A stretch of DNA of 48,388 nucleotides from an uncultured Candidatus Saccharibacteria bacterium (GTDB lineage: Bacteria > Patescibacteriota > Saccharimonadia > Saccharimonadales > JAGQNJ01): positions 1-48,388 of the forward strand of contig CAZNZL010000004.1 in the NCBI GenBank assembly GCA_964577565.1, read 5' to 3'. Position 1 is the first letter of the stretch. Every line of letters starts with the position of its first letter. Both the position numbers and the translations under genes were made by a program. This document shows positions 37,659 to 46,770 of this stretch, one piece after another. The notes beneath the pieces were generated by a model, which saw only the letters and a list, made by a program, of their open reading frames with translations, was not told the origin of the DNA and did not search any database.

Positions 37659-37982
37659 TTATTCCTCAACACTATAATGTCTTGCTAAATCTCTCGGGAC
37701 CATAATTGCATCAGAAGCAGAACGTATAACCACCCATTTTGGGCATTCACCGGCTTCGATAGTGGCTACGCACGATTCTACCGCATCGCTGATTGGCTGC
37801 AAGTCTGGTTTGCTTCGGTATTTATCAACCTCCGCTGGGTCACCTTCACCCAACAATAATGAGAGGCGCAGCTTTATAAATACTTCTTGGCCACTAGAAT
37901 CATTCACACCAACAGTGCCCGGAAACGCTTCAAAGCGAGCTCCTAATGTGGACGGGTCAAGATGTTCACACTCTATTGCCAT
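37659..37982 (-). CDS. Hypothetical protein
   Basis: 107 aa, TAATG overlap with grpE stop. Confidence 0.6.
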   Translation of the reverse strand: MAIECEHLDPSTLGARFEAFPGTVGVNDSSGQEVFIKLRLSLLLGEGDPAEVDKYRSKPDLQPISDAVESCVATIEAGECPKWVVIRSASDAIMVPRDLARHYSVEE

Positions 37983-38452
37983 TACTTAATCCGCTTTACT
38001 TTTACCATGGCATGACGAATAACGTTATCACCGAGTTTGTAACCCGCCTGCAGCTCTTCACTGACCACTTCTTGATCACCGTCACCATCCTCCATGCCAA
38101 CCGCTTCATGCAATACGGGGTCAAACGGTTCGCCGACTGTCTTGATTCGCTCTACCCCTATATCAGTTAGTGTTTTTTCAAACTGCTTGACTATTGCATT
38201 GACCCCTTTTATGTAATCGTTGCCTGCTAATTCTTTGGGTACGTGCTTTAAGGCACGTTCAAAGTTATCGATGACCGGCAGTAAATCTTCCACCACGCCA
38301 ACTTTAACCAACGTTTTAAGGCTAGCTATCTGTTCTTCGTGACGACGACGTACATTTATAACGTCGGCTCGTTCGCGTTGCAGGGCATCAGTTAAATCAG
38401 CTATTTGCTGTTCTAAAACTTCAACTTCTTCTGTCTTTTTCTTTTTAGGCAT
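37982..38452 (-). CDS. grpE: Nucleotide exchange factor GrpE
   Basis: LLPVIDNFERAL, FDP.LHEAV, GYKL...VIRHAMV. Confidence 0.96.
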   Translation of the reverse strand: MPKKKKTEEVEVLEQQIADLTDALQRERADVINVRRRHEEQIASLKTLVKVGVVEDLLPVIDNFERALKHVPKELAGNDYIKGVNAIVKQFEKTLTDIGVERIKTVGEPFDPVLHEAVGMEDGDGDQEVVSEELQAGYKLGDNVIRHAMVKVKRIK

Positions 38453-39149
38453 ACATAGTCTCCTCTAGGGCGTGGCCCGCGCGTCGAACCAATGTCATGA
38501 CGTCACGGTAACTTTGCCGGGTTGGGCCCAAAACCCCTATATAACTACGGTCAGAATAAGGGCTTCGAAAGCGGCTGACAATTAACGTACAACCGGCGCT
38601 ACGCCCAATGGGGTTTTCTTGGCCAATATAAACGCTTAATGGCTCATTGGGGGCAGCCTCATAGAGCCACGGCTCGAGATTATCAAGTAAACGCGCTACT
38701 TCACGGACCTGGCCGCTATTCATAAACTCTGGTTGTCCGAACAAGTTAGATAGCCCACTCATATAAAGCTGATCGCCGATGGTAGCAAGGCCTAAATTAT
38801 GCGTTAGTTCAACAAGCGTATCAACGGCATTGCGAATAACGCGCTCTGGCACACCGCCTTGCGTAACTCTCGTAGCAAGTGCTTTCTCAGCACGGCGCTC
38901 TGCGGGTGACTCATCTTTATCGCTGAGGTTATTAACGTAAAAACGGTAGCCTTTATCAGTCGGAATACGCCCCGCGCTGGTATGAGGGTGGGTAATGTAG
39001 CCAGCTCGCTCTAACTCGGCCATTTCTGCCCGAATCGTTGCTGAAGAAACGCCAAATACTTTAGCCAACAAGCTAGAACCAACCGGGCTGGCTACCTCGG
39101 CATATTGTTCGACAATGGCTTGCAAAATTTTCTGCTGACGTGCGGTCAT
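38445..39149 (-). CDS. hrcA: Heat-inducible repressor HrcA (short form)
   Basis: PVGS, SSATIR.EM..LE..GYI..PHTSAGRIPTDKGYR, GVLGPTR. Confidence 0.95.
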   Translation of the reverse strand: MTARQQKILQAIVEQYAEVASPVGSSLLAKVFGVSSATIRAEMAELERAGYITHPHTSAGRIPTDKGYRFYVNNLSDKDESPAERRAEKALATRVTQGGVPERVIRNAVDTLVELTHNLGLATIGDQLYMSGLSNLFGQPEFMNSGQVREVARLLDNLEPWLYEAAPNEPLSVYIGQENPIGRSAGCTLIVSRFRSPYSDRSYIGVLGPTRQSYRDVMTLVRRAGHALEETMYA

Positions 39150-39183
39150 ATAACACCTTACTTAATAATTTTAGTGTACTCGT

Positions 39184-39210
39184 TTGGCACTCAAACGTCA
39201 AGAGTGCTAA
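39184..39210. promoter_or_regulatory. CIRCE operator (hrcA)
   Basis: TTGGCACTC-N9-GAGTGCTAA. Confidence 0.92.
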
Positions 39211-39248
39211 ACATTTACATTCTTATGCTTTTCTTCTATAATTACTAT

Positions 39249-39872
39249 ATGGATAATCTAAATAAAAACGACGTGAATAGTGTGCGATCTTGGCTAGGCA
39301 GCGGGTCAATTAATATGTTTGGAAGACCCTTCTCAGGCAAAGACACTCAAAGCAAACGCCTAGCAACACTCTTTGAGGCTTCACTGATTGGCGGGGGTGA
39401 TATTGTACGAGCCAATTTAACCACCCAAGAAGTCGTAGAAACCAATAATCAAGGCAAGCTGATCCCTCAAGCTGCGTTTTTAGAACTAGTTTTGCCGCAC
39501 TTTCAAAAACCAGAATTTGAATCTCACCCTTTGATACTTAATTCGATTGGGCGCTGGCACGGTGAAGAAGAGTCGGTCATGAAAGCGTGCGAATCATCAC
39601 AGCATCCGCTGAAAGCCGTGATTCACTTAGATATTCCCGAACAAGTTGCCTTTGACCGCTTTGACGCCTCGCGGTTACGCCTTGATCGTGGCACAAGAAC
39701 TGATGACCAAAAAGCAGTGCTAAAAACGCGCCTGGATGAATTTAAGCACAAAACACAGCCTGTACTAAACTTTTATAAAGACCGGGGACTACTTATAACA
39801 ATTGATGGCACCGCTCATGAAGATAAAGTAACGGCGAACATCCTTGAAGCTCTGAAACGCTTAGCTCGCTAG
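39249..39872 (+). CDS. adk: Adenylate kinase family NMP kinase
   Basis: FGRPFSGKDTQ P-loop, G.LIP, R.DD...RL.EF...T.PV; start MDNLN 6 nt after TATAAT. Confidence 0.8.
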   Translation: MDNLNKNDVNSVRSWLGSGSINMFGRPFSGKDTQSKRLATLFEASLIGGGDIVRANLTTQEVVETNNQGKLIPQAAFLELVLPHFQKPEFESHPLILNSIGRWHGEEESVMKACESSQHPLKAVIHLDIPEQVAFDRFDASRLRLDRGTRTDDQKAVLKTRLDEFKHKTQPVLNFYKDRGLLITIDGTAHEDKVTANILEALKRLAR

Positions 39873-39879
39873 GCTAACC

Positions 39880-39939
39880 CTAATCACGCTTGAGTAGGAC
39901 GGTAAAGGCCTCGGCAGGGATGTCGACGGAGCCGAAGCG
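39880..39939 (-). repeat. Duplicated, synonymously recoded last 20 codons of lepA
   Basis: 54/60 identical to 40023-40082; all six differences silent. Confidence 0.95.
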
Positions 39940-39945
39940 GCTATA

Positions 39946-40018
39946 ATGAGACACCCTTGCAGGGTTTCTCACCAGAGCCGGGCAAAATGACGCGACATTT
40001 TGTCGGGCTGCTCTTCCC
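39946..40018 (+). repeat. Hairpin element E, copy 1
   Basis: ATGAGACACCCTTGCAGGGTTTCTCA...GGGCTGCTCTTCCC; inverted copies at 41985-42054 and 42128-42197. Confidence 0.9.
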
Positions 40019-40022
40019 TTCT

Positions 40023-41969
40023 TTAATCACGCTTGAGTAAGACCGTAAAGGCTTCAGCTGGGATGTCGACGGAGCCGAAGCGTTTCATGCGTTCTTTACC
40101 CTTCTTTTGTTTTTCAAGCAGTTTTCGCCGACGAGTAACGTCACCCCCGTACAGCTTAGCCGTTACGTCTTTACGGAACGAGCTGATGTCTTCTCTTGCA
40201 ATAAATTTGCCACCCACTGCAGCTTGCAGCGCAACTTTAAATTGCTGGCGGGGAATGACCGATTTTAATTTTGCTACTACCTCACGGCCCAAAGCTTGTG
40301 CTTCGCTGCGATGAACAATTATCGCTAAAGCATCTACTGGTTCTCCGGCCACGTAGAACTCTAATTTAACTAAATCTTCCGGTCGATAATCAGCCAGCTC
40401 GTAGTTAAACGAACCGTAGCCGCTGGTAACGGTTTTAAGCTGATCGTAAAAATCTGTCAGTAAATTAGCTAGGGGTGCCTCAAATGTCAAAACCGCTAGT
40501 TCATCAACGTATGATACATTTTTTTGCAAACCTCGTTTGCTTGATACCAGCTGAATCACTGCCCCGACAAAGTTTTTTGGCACGACTACTTCACCATTAA
40601 TCCATGGCTCCCTGATCTCTTCAATCTTTGACACTTCTGGTAGGTCTGCTGCTGATCTAATATCAAGCTCTTCACCGCTTGATAGCAAAACATGATAATC
40701 AGTAGAAGGATTGGTAATGATAAGGTCGAGGTTATATTCTCGCTCTAGTCGTTCTTTAATAATCTCCATGTGTAGCAAACCCAAAAAACCAATACGCACC
40801 CCAAAACCAAGCACCGGTGAGTTTTCGGGGCTGAACTGCAGGGCAGAGTCAGACAACGCTAGCTTTTCGACCGCCTCTTTTAAAACGTTATAGTACTCAT
40901 TGCTCGTCGGGAAGAAACCAGCATAGACAAATGGCTTGACATCTTTATAGCCAGCCAACGGCACAAGCTCATCGTCGCCAGGGCCTGCTGATGAAGTGGA
41001 TTCACCACTCTGTCCTGTCTCTTGGACTATTGCTGTGTCAGGTTCTGTAGTGCTCGCGCGACGTACCTCAAGTACGTCTTGCTCCGCGCTTCGCATCTTC
41101 CTTGCACTAGCCTCAAGCGAATGAGCTTGCCGCTTATTAATAAACTTGGTTAGCGTGACGGTATCACCCACTTTTGCTTCACGCGTACTCTTAAGGTTGG
41201 TGACAATGTAGCCAATTTCACCCGTTGCCAGTTCAGGCAACGCAATCATGTCTGGTTTTAGTGCCCCCACTTCGAGCGCAATGCCATTTGCGTCCGTAGC
41301 CATCATGTTAATTTCGTCATTTTTCTTTATAGCTCCATCAACTGCCCGTACGTAGAGAATTACCCCACGGTAATCGTCGTAGTAGCTATCAAAAATGAGC
41401 GCGCGTGTGTGAGCGTTTGCTTTACCTCGCGGTGGCGGAACCTTGCTTACGACAGCCTCCAGCACGGCCTCAACACCTTGACCCGTCTTGGCAGATATTT
41501 CTAAAATATCCTCTCGCTTGCAGCCAAGCAAAGACATTACCTCTGCGCTCACCCGCTCGACATCAGCGGCAGGCAAATCAATTTTATTAAGCACAGGAAT
41601 AATCTCTAGATCCGCAGCCATTGCAAGGTACACATTGGCAAGTGTCTGAGCCTGAATACCTTGAGTAGCATCAACCACCAAGATTGCCCCCTCGCAAGCC
41701 TCAAGACTTCGTGAGACTTCATAACTAAAATCGACGTGCCCGGGTGTATCAATAAGATTGAGTTGGTGGTCTTTATAGTTCATACGCACCGGTTGCAGCT
41801 TAATGGTTATACCTTTTTCGCGCTCAAGATCCATACGGTCAAGCAACTGCGCTTTCATAGCCCGTTTTTCTACCGTTTTGGTTAGCTCAAGCAATCGATC
41901 AGCAAGGGTCGATTTGCCATGATCTATATGCGCAATAATACAGAAGTTTCTAATTTTACTCTGGCTCAC
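40023..41969 (-). CDS. lepA: Elongation factor 4 (LepA) with internal in-frame insertion
   Basis: IRNFCIIAHIDHGKSTLADR, DTPGHVDF, NKID, GFLGLLH, YGGDVTRRRKLLEKQK. Confidence 0.98.
   Translation of the reverse strand: MSQSKIRNFCIIAHIDHGKSTLADRLLELTKTVEKRAMKAQLLDRMDLEREKGITIKLQPVRMNYKDHQLNLIDTPGHVDFSYEVSRSLEACEGAILVVDATQGIQAQTLANVYLAMAADLEIIPVLNKIDLPAADVERVSAEVMSLLGCKREDILEISAKTGQGVEAVLEAVVSKVPPPRGKANAHTRALIFDSYYDDYRGVILYVRAVDGAIKKNDEINMMATDANGIALEVGALKPDMIALPELATGEIGYIVTNLKSTREAKVGDTVTLTKFINKRQAHSLEASARKMRSAEQDVLEVRRASTTEPDTAIVQETGQSGESTSSAGPGDDELVPLAGYKDVKPFVYAGFFPTSNEYYNVLKEAVEKLALSDSALQFSPENSPVLGFGVRIGFLGLLHMEIIKERLEREYNLDLIITNPSTDYHVLLSSGEELDIRSAADLPEVSKIEEIREPWINGEVVVPKNFVGAVIQLVSSKRGLQKNVSYVDELAVLTFEAPLANLLTDFYDQLKTVTSGYGSFNYELADYRPEDLVKLEFYVAGEPVDALAIIVHRSEAQALGREVVAKLKSVIPRQQFKVALQAAVGGKFIAREDISSFRKDVTAKLYGGDVTRRRKLLEKQKKGKERMKRFGSVDIPAEAFTVLLKRD
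40975..41143. repeat. In-frame palindromic element inside lepA (boundaries approximate)
   Basis: About 55 extra residues between VGDTVTL and LAGYK; GACGTAC-CTCAA-GTACGTC hairpin; homolog upstream of dnaK. Confidence 0.8.
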
Positions 41970-42197
41970 AAATTACCTCCGACCGGGAAGAGCAGCCCAC
42001 GAACGAATTTATTTCGTTCCTGGCGCGATGAGAAACCCTGCAAGGGTGTCTCATAAGCGGAGCGCTCAATATGCGCAATAATACAGAAGTTTCTAATTTT
42101 ACTCTGGCTCACAAATTACCTCCGACCGGGAAGAGCAGCCCACGAACGAATTTATTTCGTTCCTGGCGCGATGAGAAACCCTGCAAGGGTGTCTCAT
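41926..42197. repeat. Perfect 129-bp direct repeat x2 (lepA start + leader + element E)
   Basis: 41926-42054 identical to 42069-42197, 14-bp spacer. Confidence 0.95.
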
Positions 42198-42226
42198 TAG
42201 AGTATAACAGAGGTAGAAAACAATTC

Positions 42227-43816
42227 CTAGAAAGGAACACGGATCGGTTTGAGAATTATGTCACGTGCTTTTGCATAAACTACACGAGCTTGCTCGAGAC
42301 CAAACATAAATGACACAACGACATGAGTCAAAAATGTCGTGCCGCCAATAATAAACAGCTTGGTTCCCAACACCGCAATACCTCTATCAGAGATTTTTAG
42401 CGGTAGCAGCGACACCGCAATAAACGCAGCCACCATACTAAAACCGGTAACTGATATAATTTTGAAACTACTTGACCAAAAATAGCTATCAAATATTTTT
42501 CGATCACGGATAATCATAATGAACATTAAGATAGCGACCTCGGTTACGGCAGTGATTGATTGCGCCATAGCCAGCCCGGCTATACCGTACGAGTCACGAT
42601 CTGCTAGGGTAAAGGCAAGGTAAATATTTAAACCGATGGCAAAAATTGATACGTACAAAGGTGTCTTTGTGTCTTTGTAGGCATAGAAATAGCGCGAAAA
42701 CAGGGCGTAGACAATACGGGCCACTATAGCAGCCGTTAAATACCCAAATATCAGAGCCACTTCTGGGGCAACATCACCAAAAATCAAGCGAGCAAGGTAG
42801 CCGCGTGTAAAGTAGCCAACAATCGCAACTGGTGCAGCTAACCATAACATAGTGAGTAAAATTTTAACAAAATCTCTTCTAAACAGGTCAGGCCGGTTCT
42901 GTGATAAACGGTCAATTAAGCGCGGAAACGCCGCCGTAGCAATTGAGTTGCCAAGCAGCATTATTGGCACGTTCTGTAGCGTTGTCGCAAAGTTGTACCA
43001 ACTGACCGGACCAATACCAAGCGCTTGTGCTCGGTTAACCTCAACCACACTGTTAACTTGGTCAATACCTTGGTCGAGCGAGCGCGGAGGCAATTGGCGC
43101 AAAACAAATCTAAAATCCTCGCTCTTCCACTTAATAACCGGTCGATATTTAAAGCCAAGCCCAGTCAACCCGCCGAGCGCTACAATCAGTTGCAACATTC
43201 CACCGGCTAAGGCACCAACACCAAGTCCAATGACGCCAATGTTGTCTTTAAAAAGAAAAACCGAGGTAATAATGGCCAGGTTATAAAATAATGATGAGAT
43301 AGCATAAAAGAAGAATCGTCCATAGGTTTGCTGCAATGCCGTAACAATACCGCCAATGGCAAAAAAGAGCGGGTTTAACGACAATAGTTGCATGATAGTG
43401 ACTGCTTCTTGCAGATGATCAGGTGGTAAATTAGGGGCAAGCGTGTGCATTAATGGTTTGGCAAAGATAAATATAACTACCGCCACAAACAACATGGTAA
43501 TCGCCGCTACATTAATAAGACTGTTAGTAATGTCTCGCACCGCTTGTTTATTACCTTGCGCAATCTTATCAGCCAAAACTGGCATATATGCTACACCCAA
43601 AGCTCCGGCCGCAATCGTAAAGTAGAAAAAGTCCGGAATCACAAAGGCGGCAAAGAATGCGTCAGTTGAGCCAGCATCGTACACCGTAAAGTTAGTGCTG
43701 ATCAGACGGTTACGCAAAAAACCTAACGCCTGCCCCACCAGCGCTATCACAATAAGCAGCGTGGCTGCGCCGCCTAATGAAACCTTTGAGTTGGCACGAG
43801 AGAGTATTTTTTTCAT
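42227..43816 (-). CDS. murJ: Lipid II flippase MurJ (MviN)
   Basis: LGFLR, DAFFAAF.IPD, GAL..A..P, IATAAFP, FYA.KDTKTP; multi-TM. Confidence 0.92.
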   Translation of the reverse strand: MKKILSRANSKVSLGGAATLLIVIALVGQALGFLRNRLISTNFTVYDAGSTDAFFAAFVIPDFFYFTIAAGALGVAYMPVLADKIAQGNKQAVRDITNSLINVAAITMLFVAVVIFIFAKPLMHTLAPNLPPDHLQEAVTIMQLLSLNPLFFAIGGIVTALQQTYGRFFFYAISSLFYNLAIITSVFLFKDNIGVIGLGVGALAGGMLQLIVALGGLTGLGFKYRPVIKWKSEDFRFVLRQLPPRSLDQGIDQVNSVVEVNRAQALGIGPVSWYNFATTLQNVPIMLLGNSIATAAFPRLIDRLSQNRPDLFRRDFVKILLTMLWLAAPVAIVGYFTRGYLARLIFGDVAPEVALIFGYLTAAIVARIVYALFSRYFYAYKDTKTPLYVSIFAIGLNIYLAFTLADRDSYGIAGLAMAQSITAVTEVAILMFIMIIRDRKIFDSYFWSSSFKIISVTGFSMVAAFIAVSLLPLKISDRGIAVLGTKLFIIGGTTFLTHVVVSFMFGLEQARVVYAKARDIILKPIRVPF

Positions 43817-43914
43817 TAGGCGTCTGCTCCCTGTTGTTTATGGGCGCCTACGCCGGTAACGTACCCGGCGACACAATGAAAAAGAGTGGGTTTACTGTTT
43901 TTTATGCTGTTCAT
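43816..43914 (-). CDS. Putative 32-aa upstream ORF coupled to murJ
   Basis: TATAAT 8 nt before ATG; stop overlaps murJ start (TAATG). Confidence 0.4.
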   Translation of the reverse strand: MNSIKNSKPTLFHCVAGYVTGVGAHKQQGADA

Positions 43915-43966
43915 TTATGTTAATTATAAAGACGAAAGCTATCTGTCGCTAGCCTGAAAATTCAAT

Positions 43967-45835
43967 TTAGTACAAAGCTGCTGCTTTAGGCATTTGAGAG
44001 CCCTCAAGAATTTTATGCACATCATCTGCTTCTACGGTCTCGTGCTTAATAAGGGCATTCTTTAGGGCTTCTAATTTTGTCATATTGGCTTTAATTACAG
44101 CGCGCGCTCGGTTTGCTGCCTCAGTAATAAGGTTTTCGACTTCGTCATCAATGAGCTTAGCTGTTTCATCTGAGTACTGGCGTTCATGCACCATCTTCTC
44201 TAGCATTAAGCCTTCTTCTACATGAAAGACTTGATCGCGCAGCTGCTGGCCCATGCCTTGATTCACTACCATGTCGCGTGCCAATTCTGCCGCTTTTTGT
44301 AAATCATTGCCGGCACCGGTGGTGACGCGATCTTTACCGTAAATAACTTCTTCGGCAATACGGCCGCCCAGCATGCGAGCTAGTACATCTTTAAACTCAA
44401 TAATACTGTGGTAGCTCTTATCTTCTGGCGGGATAAACCAAGTTACGCCGCCCGTGCCGCCGCGTGGAATAATCGTCACCTTGTGCACCATATCGCTGTC
44501 AGGCAACACATGGCCGACAATAGCGTGGCCGGCTTCGTGGTAGGCGGTTAGCTCTTTTTCTTTATCGCTCATAATTTTACTTTTGCGTTCGGGGCCAATC
44601 GCTACCTTTTCAAACGCCGCCGTAACATCAGCTTGTGATATTTCTTTGCGATTATGACGAGCAGAAATAATAGCTGCTTCATTGGCAATATTAGACAGAT
44701 CAGCACCAGAAGAGCCAGCCGTCTTAGCCGCCAACGCATCGAGGTCGACATTTTTAGCAAGCGGTTTTTTACTAAAGTGCACTTTTAGTATCGCCTCGCG
44801 GTCTTTGCGATCAGGCAAGCTAATATTAACCCGGCGGTCAAAACGACCGGGCCTAAGCAGGGCTGGGTCAAGCACATCGGCACGGTTGGTAGCCGCCAAA
44901 ACGATAACGTTTTGACCTTGCTCAAAACCATCCATTTCAACCAAAATCTGGTTGAGCGTTTGTTCGCGCTCATCATGGCCACCGCCCATACCAGAACCGC
45001 GGCGGCGCCCTACGGCGTCAATCTCGTCCACAAAAATAATACATGGGGCGTTCTTTTTAGCTTTGGCAAACAAATCCCGCACGCGAGAGGCACCGACACC
45101 AACAAACATTTCCACAAACTCTGAGCCCGAGATACTAAAGAACGGCACGTTGGCTTCGCCAGCCACAGCCCGTGCCAACATGGTTTTACCCGTTCCGGGC
45201 GGGCCAACCAACAAAACGCCTTTTGGAATCCTGGCTCCGACTGACTCAAACTTCTTAGGGTACTTTAAAAACTCTACAATTTCTTCTAGGTCTTGCTTGG
45301 CTTCATCACTGCCGGCAATATCTTTAAAGATAACTTTGTCGCGCTCGTTACCATAAAGACGTGCCCTACTTTTACCAAAGCTCATGGCCTGATTGCCCTG
45401 GCCTTGGGCGCTGCGCAACATAAAGAACAGTACACCAGTAATAATAATGACGGGCAGTAACGAGGTACCAATCGTGAGCCACAACGAGCCCGAGTCTGAC
45501 GGTTTCTCATACGCAATTTCAACATCTTTACTCTCTAAGCCCTGATCTTGAATGCTTGAGCCGGGATCCTTGCGCGAGCTTTGGGTTGGTTTGTCCTCGC
45601 CTTTGCGCGTAACTGCTAGTTCATCACCCGTAATTTCAATCTTTTTAATCTCGCCGTTATTGGCATCATTTATGACCTGCGAAAGCGGTACTTGCTCTAA
45701 ATTACTTGGCTGGTTATAGGCGGCATAAATAATAAGGCCCAGCAAAATGATGAAGGCTACAAATCCCACTCCTTTAAAGCCGCGGTTACGGCCATAGTCA
45801 TTCTTCCCTGGTCTCCTGAATGGTTTTTTATCCAT
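43967..45835 (-). CDS. ftsH: ATP-dependent zinc metalloprotease FtsH
   Basis: Two TMs, [30 protein letters not shown]. Confidence 0.98.
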   Translation of the reverse strand: MDKKPFRRPGKNDYGRNRGFKGVGFVAFIILLGLIIYAAYNQPSNLEQVPLSQVINDANNGEIKKIEITGDELAVTRKGEDKPTQSSRKDPGSSIQDQGLESKDVEIAYEKPSDSGSLWLTIGTSLLPVIIITGVLFFMLRSAQGQGNQAMSFGKSRARLYGNERDKVIFKDIAGSDEAKQDLEEIVEFLKYPKKFESVGARIPKGVLLVGPPGTGKTMLARAVAGEANVPFFSISGSEFVEMFVGVGASRVRDLFAKAKKNAPCIIFVDEIDAVGRRRGSGMGGGHDEREQTLNQILVEMDGFEQGQNVIVLAATNRADVLDPALLRPGRFDRRVNISLPDRKDREAILKVHFSKKPLAKNVDLDALAAKTAGSSGADLSNIANEAAIISARHNRKEISQADVTAAFEKVAIGPERKSKIMSDKEKELTAYHEAGHAIVGHVLPDSDMVHKVTIIPRGGTGGVTWFIPPEDKSYHSIIEFKDVLARMLGGRIAEEVIYGKDRVTTGAGNDLQKAAELARDMVVNQGMGQQLRDQVFHVEEGLMLEKMVHERQYSDETAKLIDDEVENLITEAANRARAVIKANMTKLEALKNALIKHETVEADDVHKILEGSQMPKAAALY

Positions 45836-45859
45836 GTGTGAGTATTATACAAATTTATG

Positions 45860-46753
45860 CTAATCTTTGCTACTGTTTACCAGCGTTAACGTGTCAGGCA
45901 ATACGTCAATATAGGCATCTTTATACACGGGTATGCGCTTACCCGCGCCCAGACGTTTGGCATCAATGGTAATCCGTTCAATAAGTTTAGCATCAAAGTC
46001 TCGCAAATTATTTTGGCGTAACCAGTGGGCAACAAGTTCTTTGGCTGCGGCGTGCGGCAGGCTTACCAATAGCTTTTTATCAAGCTGTTTTGAATTCTTT
46101 TTTGGCAGCATGTCATTAAGAATGGCCTCAAGCTCACGATTAGTACGTCGCGCCGTGTCGTAAATGTGTAGTAGTTGTTTTTTTTGAGCCTCGGTTAACA
46201 GAGTGATAACTTTATGCCGGACATAGTTACGTACGTACGTCGTATCGCTGTTGGTTGCGTCTTCACGCCACGTGAGGTTGTGTTCTACCGCGTAATCAAT
46301 AAGCGCTTGTTTGGTGTCATTAAGTAACGGCCTGATAAGTTTTTGATTGCTAGTCAGCGATGATAAGCCTTTGCGGCCGGTACCGCGCAAAAGATTAATG
46401 ATAATTGTTTCAAGTACATCGTCCTGATGATGGGCTGTTACTATCGCATCAGCGCGGTAGCGCTGTCTCACCGATTCTAAAAATTCGTAACGCGCCGTAC
46501 GGGCTGCTTCTTCGCTTGCGCTAGGACCAAGCCTGGCTTTGGCCGTCTCAAATACCAAGCCATAACGCCTAGCCGTCTCTTCAACGAGCTTACGGTCTTG
46601 GTGCGAGTCAGAGCGAATGCCGTGATCAAAATGAGCAACAATTAATTCGGTATTACTTAACTTGTTAACTGTTAACATGTTAAGTAATACCATAGAGTCA
46701 ACACCACCAGACACGGCTACGACATACTTGCCCTTACTAAGTAATTGTTTCAT
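45860..46753 (-). CDS. tilS: tRNA(Ile)-lysidine synthase
   Basis: AVSGGVDS, HFDHGIR, EEAAR.ARY, TAHHQDD, RPLL, EDATN, RNYVRH; start MKQLL 46753. Confidence 0.95.
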   Translation of the reverse strand: MKQLLSKGKYVVAVSGGVDSMVLLNMLTVNKLSNTELIVAHFDHGIRSDSHQDRKLVEETARRYGLVFETAKARLGPSASEEAARTARYEFLESVRQRYRADAIVTAHHQDDVLETIIINLLRGTGRKGLSSLTSNQKLIRPLLNDTKQALIDYAVEHNLTWREDATNSDTTYVRNYVRHKVITLLTEAQKKQLLHIYDTARRTNRELEAILNDMLPKKNSKQLDKKLLVSLPHAAAKELVAHWLRQNNLRDFDAKLIERITIDAKRLGAGKRIPVYKDAYIDVLPDTLTLVNSSKD

Positions 46754-46770
46754 TGGTATAATAATAACAG

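Noticed and set aside
40975..41143. LepA insertion as intein or intron
   Set aside because: Too short, no C/S...HN splice motifs, no group I/II features, frame is preserved
42071..42313. 80-aa plus-strand ORF
   Set aside because: Antisense read of the duplicated lepA leader and murJ end
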